From a bacterium (GTDB lineage: Bacteria; Arandabacterota; Arandabacteria; Arandabacterales; JALGWA01), in the NCBI GenBank assembly GCA_050125095.1, contig JASFEA010000106.1, positions 1 to 10,789 of the forward strand: a stretch of 10,789 bases of DNA, written 5' to 3'. Positions within the stretch are counted from its first letter, which is position 1; every line of letters begins with the position of its first letter. Below are positions 1-7,305 of the stretch, piece by piece. The notes under the pieces are model-generated. The model saw only the letters and a program-made list of their open reading frames with translations. It made no database searches and was not told where the DNA came from. The position numbers and the translations under genes were made by a program.

Positions 1-1143
1 CAGGGCCGTGATGGGGAGCTTGGAATACGAATGCCCCTTCAGTTTGGATTCGCGTTCTCGAGCGGTCGCCTCAGCGTCTACGGGGGTCACGAGGAACAGG
101 CCGTCCTGTTTTTCCTCGAGAATGCCCGGCGGCATGTAGGCTGCGTAGGGAAGCAGCGGGCGCAGGTAGACAGGAGTCTCGATGATCTTAAGCGTCTCTC
201 CGCCCGGTATTGTCGCGATCTCGTGATCGAGCACATATTGCTTCGCGGCGAGCATGGCGTCCTCATATGCCTTGAGAAGACCGTCGGCCGTGGGGTGGTC
301 CGACTTGGCTTCCTCCAGGATATCCCTGACCGGCTTCGCGGGGTCTATTTGGCGGGCGACAGCCTCGATCTGCTCCCCGGTCTGGCGGAACAGCCGCCAT
401 CCGGTGTCCAGGAGTTCATCGGCGTCATAGTCCACCATGTGGTCCTCGTGAAGAAGCTCGTCGAACAAATCGCGTCCCGCCGCGAAGTCACCCTCCGCCT
501 CGGGAATGACATCACTCTTGAGATACTCTACGAATGCCTGGATTGCGGCGGCTGCCTTCTGTCCCGTTTGCCTGAAGCCTGCTTCGAGTTCCGGCGCGGC
601 CCTGGCCGCCAGTGCCGGGAGCAGGCCGAGAAAGAGCCCCGGAGCCTGTTTCGCCTGCTCCAGGGCTACTTCTGCCCATACGCGGGGGACATCACCCGGG
701 TGTATGTTCGCCCGGGCCTCCTCCAGGACACGTGGAACCTCGCCCATTCGCGCCAGCAGGGGCCTCAGCCGGTCGGGAAGCGGGGCGAACTCCTTCATGA
801 TGAGAACGAAGACGCCCGTCATGACGTCATTCACGTAGAACCCCGGGTCGCGCCTGTGCAGCTCCATTTTCTCATGCTGCCGTATGGAGGACCTGGCGAG
901 ATGAACCATCAGCGTATGGTCGATCTCTGCGTCCGGACCGAACTCGGCGGTGTCAATCGCATTGAAATCAGCAAGCGCCTTTACCATCTCCTCGTGCCTG
1001 GCCTCGAGGGCATCTGCGCTCCTCAGCGGCAGCCTGTCATCCCACCGGTGGTCACCGAGCTGGGTTGCGGCCACCGGATCGTGCTCGAGGACCCGCTTGA
1101 GCCACTCTTCGGAAAGCTTGTAGAATTCGGTTTCTCTGGCCAT
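1..1143 (-). CDS. DUF885 family protein (putative metallopeptidase-like), 3' end truncated by window edge
   Basis: Manual translation of the - strand from ATG at 1143 is open to position 1 (381 codons): MARETEFYKLSEEWLKRVLEHDPVAATQLGDHRWDDRLP...ETPVYLRPLLPYAAYMPPG...GLFLVTP...KLKGHSYSKLPITAL. The N-terminal P..AT.LG.H..DD.L pattern and the P..AAY..P segment are typical of DUF885. The family's HE..PGHH motif is expected just past the edge. SD AAGGAG lies at 1152-1157. Confidence 0.85.
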   Translation of the reverse strand, partial: MARETEFYKLSEEWLKRVLEHDPVAATQLGDHRWDDRLPLRSADALEARHEEMVKALADFNAIDTAEFGPDAEIDHTLMVHLARSSIRQHEKMELHRRDPGFYVNDVMTGVFVLIMKEFAPLPDRLRPLLARMGEVPRVLEEARANIHPGDVPRVWAEVALEQAKQAPGLFLGLLPALAARAAPELEAGFRQTGQKAAAAIQAFVEYLKSDVIPEAEGDFAAGRDLFDELLHEDHMVDYDADELLDTGWRLFRQTGEQIEAVARQIDPAKPVRDILEEAKSDHPTADGLLKAYEDAMLAAKQYVLDHEIATIPGGETLKIIETPVYLRPLLPYAAYMPPGILEEKQDGLFLVTPVDAEATARERESKLKGHSYSKLPITAL

Positions 1144-1187
1144 TGACATGTCTCCTTGCTGGCGTCCACTGGTAGTTGACCGGAGCG

Positions 1188-1216
1188 AGTATAACAGGAT
1201 TCCCGCCCGGCTGCAA
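1188..1216 (-). promoter_or_regulatory. sigma70-type promoter for the DUF885 gene
   Basis: The - strand reads TTGCAG (1216-1211), 17 nt, TATACT (1193-1188), with an extended -10 TG. It lies about 45 nt upstream of the ATG. Confidence 0.7.
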
Positions 1217-1235
1217 AACACGCAGGAAGTTCCCC

Positions 1236-1264
1236 TTCCATAGCTGGCAGCCAGATGAGACAAT
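1236..1264 (+). promoter_or_regulatory. weak candidate promoter for the sulfatase-like gene
   Basis: TTCCAT (1236-1241), 17 nt, GACAAT (1259-1264), preceded by TGn. The match to consensus is imperfect. Confidence 0.25.
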
Positions 1265-1299
1265 CTGCTTCAAGGCGGGAGCGTCAGCGGAGGTCACTG

Positions 1300-2748
1300 T
1301 TGAAACCCAACATTGTCATCGTTCTCTGTGATGACACGCGGCCGGACCACATGGGATGCTATGGATACGGTCGGAACACGACTCCGGGCATTGACCGCAT
1401 AGCCCGCGAGGGCACCCTGTATGAGAATTGCATATCTCCTGCCGTATGGACCCTCCCGTCGGTTGCATGTCTCTTCACGGGGACCTACAACAGCCTCAAT
1501 GGGGTCTTCCGGGGACATCCCTACCTTGACAGTCGGTTTGAAACGCTCGCGGAGATACTGGGCCGCGAGGGCTACAGGACTCTCGCCGTATCCAATATCG
1601 CGTGGATCAGCCGCGGAACCAGATTTAACCGGGGCTTCCAGCGCTTCCACCAGAACTGGCAGCTGGTTCAGAGCCGATCTGACGTCGCCTGGGACAGGAG
1701 GATCGGCAGAGTGGGCGCGCGAAATATGCTCGCAGGTCCTGTTTCTCTGCTCAACGGCGTATGGGGCAGGTACTTCTGGAAGAGACGGGACTATGGAGCT
1801 GAGCGGACTACCGAAGTTGTTGAGCGCTGGATCAGAGAAGCGGCCGGGGACACCAGGCCGTTCTTCCTGTTTGTGCACTATCTGGAGCCCCACCTGCTTT
1901 TCAATCCCCCGGAGCCCTACAGGAGCAGATTCTTCCGTGACAGCGGAGAGGTGGGCAGGGCCATGGAGGTGAACCAGGACGCGCTGGCCTATGCCGAGGG
2001 CAGGGTTCAAATGACCGAGAACGACTTCGCCCTGCTAAGAAATCTCTATGACGGGGAGATCGCCTATACAGACCATCACGTGGGCCGCATTGCAAGTCTC
2101 CTCGAGGACCTCGGCGTTGGGGACACTACGGCACTGTTCATAACCTCCGACCACGGGCAGAACCTGGGCGACCACGGCCTGATGAGCCATCGTTATTGCC
2201 TGTACGACACACTGCTTAAGGTACCACTGATTGCGCGCCTGCCCGGGGTATTCGATGCGGGTCAGCGTGTGAGCGAACAGGTCCAGAGCGTCGATATCTA
2301 TCCCGCCATCATGAATATGCTCGAACTTGAAATAACGCCTCACCTTCAAGGGACGAGCCTTCTGCCGGCTGCTCTCAAGTCGAAGTCCCGCGATTTTGCT
2401 TTTGCCGAGTATCTCGCGAGTCCGTCGTCGATGGCAAGTACCGGACTCCTGGAGGGCAAGGGTATGATCGCCGACGGAGTGAGGCTGGACAGAAAGATGC
2501 GCGCTGTTCGCGCCCGGGATTTCAAGCTTATAAAGAAGTATGACCCGGGCGAAGAAGATGAGCTCTACAATGTGATGGAGGATCCCGGGGAGACCGAGAA
2601 TCTCTACGGGACTATGCCAGATGAGGCAGCCAGACTCGGGGCCGTTCTCGATGAGTGGCTTTCATCTTTCAAACAGATGGGCTTCGAGGGGGAGGACCGG
2701 GTGGATCCCGAACTCAAGAAGCAGCTCGAAGGCCTCGGGTATTTGTAG
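1300..2748 (+). CDS. sulfatase-like hydrolase/transferase (alkaline phosphatase superfamily)
   Basis: Motifs KPNIVIVLCDDTRPDH, TPGIDRIAREG, WTLPSVACLFTG, PFFLFVHYLEPH, YDGEIAYTD, TSDHG, EDELYN..EDPGETENL and C-terminal LEGLGYL. The start is moved from 1255 to TTG at 1300 because GGAGGT (1289-1294) lies 5 nt upstream and the family begins at PN(I/V). No signal peptide. Confidence 0.9.
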   Translation: MKPNIVIVLCDDTRPDHMGCYGYGRNTTPGIDRIAREGTLYENCISPAVWTLPSVACLFTGTYNSLNGVFRGHPYLDSRFETLAEILGREGYRTLAVSNIAWISRGTRFNRGFQRFHQNWQLVQSRSDVAWDRRIGRVGARNMLAGPVSLLNGVWGRYFWKRRDYGAERTTEVVERWIREAAGDTRPFFLFVHYLEPHLLFNPPEPYRSRFFRDSGEVGRAMEVNQDALAYAEGRVQMTENDFALLRNLYDGEIAYTDHHVGRIASLLEDLGVGDTTALFITSDHGQNLGDHGLMSHRYCLYDTLLKVPLIARLPGVFDAGQRVSEQVQSVDIYPAIMNMLELEITPHLQGTSLLPAALKSKSRDFAFAEYLASPSSMASTGLLEGKGMIADGVRLDRKMRAVRARDFKLIKKYDPGEEDELYNVMEDPGETENLYGTMPDEAARLGAVLDEWLSSFKQMGFEGEDRVDPELKKQLEGLGYL

Positions 2749-2754
2749 CCCCCG

Positions 2755-3633
2755 TCAGGAGGCATAGGTCACCAGCAGTATCCCGCCGACAGCCAGCGCC
2801 GCCGCCGCCACTTTCCTGCGTGTAACGGCTTCCTTGAGGAACACAGTGGCGAAGAGCAGAATGAATATGGTGCTGGTCTGATTCAGTATTGCGGCTATCC
2901 CCGCCAGCGTGTACTTCATACCGGCGATCCACGCCATCAGCGCCACATAGGAGCCGAGCAGGGTGGCAGGAATGGTGTATTTCCAGGTGGAGGAAGGTTT
3001 GAATGCCAATAAGATCTGTCTTCGCCGCGATGAGATGAGGGCTATGGGCAAGAGCGCCGCGAGCGCCCCGATCTGGCGCATGGCCGTGGCCCAGACAACC
3101 GGGGACCGGTTGAGCACCGGTTTGGCTATCACTATGCCCAGTGCGACGGCGACAAGCGAAAGCGCCCCGAGGACAACTCCGATGACTATCTGGCGGGTAG
3201 CCGTCCCCTCAGGCGGCTTGTGGCCGGCCGCGACGACAACTCCGGCTATGATAAGCCCCATGCCCCCGAGCTGGAGGCCCGTAAACCTCTCGCCTATTAG
3301 AAGGAAGGCAAGCACAACCACCGACGGCGAGTAGAGGCATCCCACGATAGCAGATATTCCGGCGCCGACCATGTTGAGGCTCTTGTGGAACAGGGTATCG
3401 GATATGGCGATGGCGATAATGCCGCTGGCGAACAGGATCAGGTAGTCGATGAGCGGCGCTTCATATCTCACCGGTTGGCGGACTACCATGAGGGTCAGAA
3501 CGAGCAGGGGGACCGTGACGCCCACTCGAAAGAGGTTGAGACTCAGGGGCGAAACGGACTCGCCGGACTTCTTAAGCAGTATTACGGCATTTGACCAGAT
3601 GATGGCGGCAAGGAGCGCGAAGAACTCACCCAT
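2755..3633 (-). CDS. EamA/DMT family transporter
   Basis: 292 aa with about 10 hydrophobic segments in two repeats. EamA motifs G..FALLAAIIW, LAFLLIGERFT...GG..LIIAGV and LFATVFLKE. GAGGT SD upstream of the ATG. Confidence 0.92.
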   Translation of the reverse strand: MGEFFALLAAIIWSNAVILLKKSGESVSPLSLNLFRVGVTVPLLVLTLMVVRQPVRYEAPLIDYLILFASGIIAIAISDTLFHKSLNMVGAGISAIVGCLYSPSVVVLAFLLIGERFTGLQLGGMGLIIAGVVVAAGHKPPEGTATRQIVIGVVLGALSLVAVALGIVIAKPVLNRSPVVWATAMRQIGALAALLPIALISSRRRQILLAFKPSSTWKYTIPATLLGSYVALMAWIAGMKYTLAGIAAILNQTSTIFILLFATVFLKEAVTRRKVAAAALAVGGILLVTYAS

Positions 3634-3686
3634 GTGCTACCTCAGGCAGGACGAGCTGCTTGGAGGGCATTGTGATGTGGGGCATT

Positions 3687-4364
3687 CTAGAAGTAGACGT
3701 TGAAGTTCACACAGCCGCCCGCGAGCCACCCGTCGTCAACGAGGGCCTCCTTAAGACTCATATAGTTGTAGAAGAAGCCCAGGCCCAGCGTGGAATTCTT
3801 GGATACCCAGAACTCGTATCCGCCCTCGGCCGACAACCCCCAGCCCCAATCGTCGGTGCGGTCGCCGTGCCCCTGTGGAGCTCCGGGCGTGATGGGCACC
3901 TCGTTATAACCCGCCCAGCTCATGCCGAAGCCGGCTCTCAGATAGATGCCGCCGGTTGCCGTCTTGGGATTCCCCGGGAACACGTAAATGCTGAGCGCGA
4001 TCTGCTGCTGGCTCCTGCGGGTCTTGATGATGGTCGAGTCCTCGGCGCTGTCTGAGAAGAGGGCGGACTCCGGCTCCTCCAGGCTTTCGTCGAATTCTAT
4101 GATCCACCCCGTATAGTCAAAGGCGAGCATTGTCTTCGAGCCCAACCTGCGCCCGAAGCGTAGGAGGGCCACGCCGCCCTCCGAGTACACCTGTGTGCTT
4201 CCGTCAGACTCGTTGAAATCGCCGCGGCCTAAGCCCGTGCCGACTCCGACCATATAGTCCGGGCGCTGCTGCTTGGTTATCGCCTGCGCCTCATCGGCCG
4301 CCACGGCGCAGAAGAGGACAGCGGCAATTGCTATGATCAGGGCAACCAATCCTGACCTGGGCAT
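3687..4364 (-). CDS. small outer-membrane beta-barrel protein (OmpA/OmpW-like, about 8 strands)
   Basis: Signal peptide (MPRSGLVALIIAIAAVLFCAVAA...AQA). About 8 amphipathic strands, e.g. GIYLRAGFGMSW, GWGLSAEGGYEFWV, STLGLGFFYNY. C-terminal beta-signal VNFNVYF. SD AGGAGG at 4375-4380. Confidence 0.8.
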   Translation of the reverse strand: MPRSGLVALIIAIAAVLFCAVAADEAQAITKQQRPDYMVGVGTGLGRGDFNESDGSTQVYSEGGVALLRFGRRLGSKTMLAFDYTGWIIEFDESLEEPESALFSDSAEDSTIIKTRRSQQQIALSIYVFPGNPKTATGGIYLRAGFGMSWAGYNEVPITPGAPQGHGDRTDDWGWGLSAEGGYEFWVSKNSTLGLGFFYNYMSLKEALVDDGWLAGGCVNFNVYF

Positions 4365-4402
4365 GCGGCGGTTTCCTCCTGTCTGTATCGTTCCTGTGCT
4401 CC

Positions 4403-4432
4403 ACTATAGACCCTTGGGCAAGGACTAGTCAA
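4403..4432 (-). promoter_or_regulatory. sigma70-type promoter for the OMP-EamA unit
   Basis: The - strand reads TTGACT (4432-4427), 18 nt, TATAGT (4408-4403). Both hexamers match consensus at 5/6. Confidence 0.65.
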
Positions 4433-4439
4433 ATATAAC

Positions 4440-4468
4440 TTTACAGCCCGCGGGCTTGCTGTTAGGCT
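4440..4468 (+). promoter_or_regulatory. sigma70-type promoter for the three-gene + strand unit
   Basis: TTTACA (4440-4445), 17 nt, TAGGCT (4463-4468), with an extended -10 TG at 4460-4461. Confidence 0.55.
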
Positions 4469-4538
4469 GGGTTGAGTCCTGCCGGGAATATCGCGAATGT
4501 GCAAGTGACGGCAAGCCTGCCGGATGGCAGGGAGAGGC

Positions 4539-5753
4539 ATGAAGCGACGAACATCGGGTTATCATCTTGGCAATCCACGGCCCCGCGGGGCTGCAGGCGC
4601 CGCAGCGCTCGCCCTGCTCCTTGGCGCACTGGTTCTGGGCGCATTCTGCGGCACGGGGTACGCCCGGGAAGAGTACCCGAATCACCCGGTCAACCTCTCC
4701 TTTTTCTACCCTATTAGCACCAATCAGAACCGTGAAATCTCGACCTACTTCAGGCTGAATCTCCTTTTTGGCGAGCTGGGCGCCATAAAGGGGGTCGACC
4801 TTACGGGTATTGGAAGTCGCATCCACAGAGATATGGTGGGTTTCCAGGTGTGCGGGTTCTATTCCCAGATCGAAGGGGATCTGCGGGGCGCCTCAATAGT
4901 CGGCGCGGCCAGCTATGTGGAATCTAATGCGGCAGGTCTGCAGTGCGCGGGGTTGGTGAACTTCATCCGCGGGGATTTCACGGGGCTTCAAATGTCCGGC
5001 CTGTTCAACTATGTCGAAGGATCGATGTCGGGCGTCCAGGCCAACCTGGTATTCAATCTCAACGACGGGGACGTTAAGTATTTCCAGTATTCGACGGTTG
5101 CGAACGCGGTGGCCGGAGACGTCACCGGCATCCAGATGGCCGCCGGGCTCAACTACGCCAACGGGGGCGTCAAGGGGGGACAGCTGGCGCTTTGCAACTT
5201 CGGGAATCGTGTCAGGGGCGTTCAGATAGGCCTCGGCAACGTCGCGGGAGTGGTGAAGGGGGCCCAACTGGGGTTCATAAACGTCGCCAAAGAAGTCGAC
5301 GGCATACCTGTGGGGATGTTCAATTTCGTGGAAGAAGGCGACGTGGACGGAGTGATTTTCGGCTCAAATGTCGCTGCGGCCAGTATTGGAGTCAGGTCGA
5401 TTTATCACCACTTCTATTCCATTTTGGCAATCGGCGTTGGAGACCTCCAGGAGAAACGCAACGATACAGCTTTTCTCAGCTGGCACTACGGCTATGCCGT
5501 CCCCATGAAATCGCGGTACAAAGCCGGTATCGACCTGGGATATGTCCACATTATGCCGGCCTCGAGTTCGGATCCAAATCTGAGTACTGAAAACCAGTTC
5601 GCTGTCCAATTGCGGGCCATAATCGAGGCGAAGATCAAGGGTAAGACAAAGATATTCGGGGGCGTGGGCGTGAGCCAGAGGTTCTCGGCGTATTCGTCGA
5701 ACAATACGACCACCACGGACCCGCTTTTTGTACTGGGGATTTCGCTTTACTAG
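4539..5753 (+). CDS. exported protein with LA_2272-like G-x-Q...N beta-solenoid repeats and a C-terminal putative beta-barrel
   Basis: Long n-region, then hydrophobic h-region and GYA|R cleavage site. Twelve tandem protein repeats, then about 8 amphipathic strands ending PLFVLGISLY (terminal aromatic). ATG 4539 is preferred over 4524 because AGGGAG/GGAGAGG precedes it, but the start is uncertain. Confidence 0.75.
   Translation: MKRRTSGYHLGNPRPRGAAGAAALALLLGALVLGAFCGTGYAREEYPNHPVNLSFFYPISTNQNREISTYFRLNLLFGELGAIKGVDLTGIGSRIHRDMVGFQVCGFYSQIEGDLRGASIVGAASYVESNAAGLQCAGLVNFIRGDFTGLQMSGLFNYVEGSMSGVQANLVFNLNDGDVKYFQYSTVANAVAGDVTGIQMAAGLNYANGGVKGGQLALCNFGNRVRGVQIGLGNVAGVVKGAQLGFINVAKEVDGIPVGMFNFVEEGDVDGVIFGSNVAAASIGVRSIYHHFYSILAIGVGDLQEKRNDTAFLSWHYGYAVPMKSRYKAGIDLGYVHIMPASSSDPNLSTENQFAVQLRAIIEAKIKGKTKIFGGVGVSQRFSAYSSNNTTTTDPLFVLGISLY
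4785..5336 (+). repeat. protein-level tandem repeats: 8 x 16 aa followed by 4 x 14 aa
   Basis: IKGVDLTGIGSRIHRD / MVGFQVCGFYSQIEGD / LRGASIVGAASYVESN / AAGLQCAGLVNFIRGD / FTGLQMSGLFNYVEGS / MSGVQANLVFNLNDGD / VKYFQYSTVANAVAGD / VTGIQMAAGLNYANGG / VKGGQLALCNFGNR / VRGVQIGLGNVAGV / VKGAQLGFINVAKE / VDGIPVGMFNFVEE. The repeats are degenerate at the DNA level. Confidence 0.85.
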
Positions 5754-5775
5754 GTGCGTAATGCAGGTGACAAGC

Positions 5776-7305
5776 ATGAAGGAAGTTGACGCGGCCAGGA
5801 TAGTCTGCGCGCTTCTGGCGGTAGCGCTCTTATCGGCAGGGGTATCTCTGGCGGGTGAGCAGGCCTCTCCGGAGCCGCGCGGCATTCCCCAGGGCATAAA
5901 CCTCCTTGCCGCCGACGGGGAAGCGGGCCGATCCGATGTGGGTAAAGCCGATGTCAGCCAGGCCGCCGCAGGCCGGGAGAACACTGGCCAGGCTGAAGCG
6001 GATTCTCTCATGCCGCCCTCCTATTATTATAGCAAGTGGTCTCCTTTCTGGCGCACGACGCTCGAGATGATAGGGTTCAACCTCATAATGACCATGTATG
6101 GTAAGAACATAATGAAGCCGGAGGATCACGGCTTCGACGTGAACTTCGGTACCATAAAGGAAAACCTCAAGAACGGCTTCGAATGGGATGACAATTCATT
6201 TTCCGCCAATAACTTCCGCCACCCCTACCAGGGCTCGCTGTATTTCGGCGGGGCACGGGCGAACGGTTATGATTTCTACCAGTCAGGCTTGTTCGCCTTC
6301 GCGGGCTCCTGGCTGTTCGAGTATACCGGCGAAGCTCATCATCCATCCATCAACGACTGGATAAATACGGCGGTCGGCGGGATCACGATAGGCGAGTCGC
6401 TGTACCGGATGTCGGACATAGTGCTGGATAACGAAGCTACGGGTTCGGGCAGGGTCTGGCGCGAACTGGGCGGATTCGCATTCAGCCCGATGCGCGGCCT
6501 GAATCGTGTGCTCACAGGGGAAGCTTTCGAGGTCCATGCGAACCCGCCCGACCGGATGCCGGATTATTTCGCCGCCGATTTCAGGTTCGGCTTCAGGGCG
6601 CTGGGGGAGAATAACCTCTGGACCTCCAAGTCCACCAAGTCGTTTGTCTCATTTGACCTCGTCTACGGCAACCCGTTCGAGGTGGTCCGTGGCGAGCCGT
6701 TCGACCACTTCAAGTTCGGCATGCAGGTTAACTTCGCGAACAAACCCCACGGAATAGGGTGGATGCAGTCGGAGGGCCTCTTGTTCGCTGCCGATGTCAC
6801 GAAGAGCGAGACATCCCATCATATATTCGGGTCGGCAATACACTTCGACTATATGGACAATGAGGCGTACACCTATGGCGGCCAGAGTCTGAGTTTCAGC
6901 TACTTATCTTCATTCAGGGCGTCGGAGCGTTTCGGAGCGGTGACTACGCTGCATCTGCAGTGGACGATTCTGGGCGCCGCGAAGTCGGACTATTTCAGCC
7001 TGTCGGGCAGGGAATACGATTATGGCCCGGGGCTGGGCTACAAGTTCGGCGCGGAATTCTGGCTGAACAAGTACGAGTTCCTCTCGCTCTGGCAGGAAGG
7101 CCACTGGATTCATTCCGTCAACGGCAACAAGGCCGACCATCTCGTGAACCTGACACGGGTGAAACTCGACTATCCCATAAAGGGGTTCATCGGGATCGGC
7201 CTGGAATACATCTATTACATGGCAAAGCGTTACTATCTGGACTATCCGGACGTTTACGCAAAGAACCCGGAGCTGAGGCTCTACCTGGTGTGGAAGACCA
7301 GCTGA
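5776..7305 (+). CDS. DUF3943 domain-containing outer-membrane protein
   Basis: Signal peptide ending SLA|G and a low-complexity linker. DUF3943-type block WDDNSFSANNFRHPYQGSLYFGGARANG...GSWLFEYTGEAHHPSINDWINTAVGGITIGESLYR. The C-terminal half consists of amphipathic beta-strands. The start is moved from 5728 to ATG 5776 (AGGTG 6 nt upstream; removes the overlap with the previous gene). Confidence 0.82.
   Translation: MKEVDAARIVCALLAVALLSAGVSLAGEQASPEPRGIPQGINLLAADGEAGRSDVGKADVSQAAAGRENTGQAEADSLMPPSYYYSKWSPFWRTTLEMIGFNLIMTMYGKNIMKPEDHGFDVNFGTIKENLKNGFEWDDNSFSANNFRHPYQGSLYFGGARANGYDFYQSGLFAFAGSWLFEYTGEAHHPSINDWINTAVGGITIGESLYRMSDIVLDNEATGSGRVWRELGGFAFSPMRGLNRVLTGEAFEVHANPPDRMPDYFAADFRFGFRALGENNLWTSKSTKSFVSFDLVYGNPFEVVRGEPFDHFKFGMQVNFANKPHGIGWMQSEGLLFAADVTKSETSHHIFGSAIHFDYMDNEAYTYGGQSLSFSYLSSFRASERFGAVTTLHLQWTILGAAKSDYFSLSGREYDYGPGLGYKFGAEFWLNKYEFLSLWQEGHWIHSVNGNKADHLVNLTRVKLDYPIKGFIGIGLEYIYYMAKRYYLDYPDVYAKNPELRLYLVWKTS

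Noticed and set aside
31..1146. 371-aa + strand ORF
   Set aside because: Antisense shadow of the DUF885 gene, with no recognisable motifs or RBS.
1176..1195. TTGACC...TATAAC on the + strand as a promoter
   Set aside because: The spacer is only 8 nt. The AT-rich hexamer is explained by the - strand -10 box.
1211..1267. Run of four tiny inverted repeats (CTGC/GCAG, GGAAG/CTTCC, CTGG/CCAG, CAGAT/ATCTG)
   Set aside because: The stems are only 4-5 bp with no tRNA or riboswitch consensus, which is compatible with chance.
4785..5336. Periodic sequence considered as a CRISPR array or DNA tandem repeat
   Set aside because: The periodicity exists only at protein level. There are no identical DNA repeats with spacers and no cas genes.
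5340..5760. Locally lower GC suggesting horizontal acquisition
   Set aside because: The shift is modest and explainable by Ile/Tyr/Phe/Lys/Asn-rich barrel coding. There is no integrase, IS, tRNA or flanking direct repeat.
6960..7304. 115-aa N-terminal extension of the MBL ORF
   Set aside because: It overlaps the DUF3943 gene out of frame. The signal peptide begins at ATG 7305.
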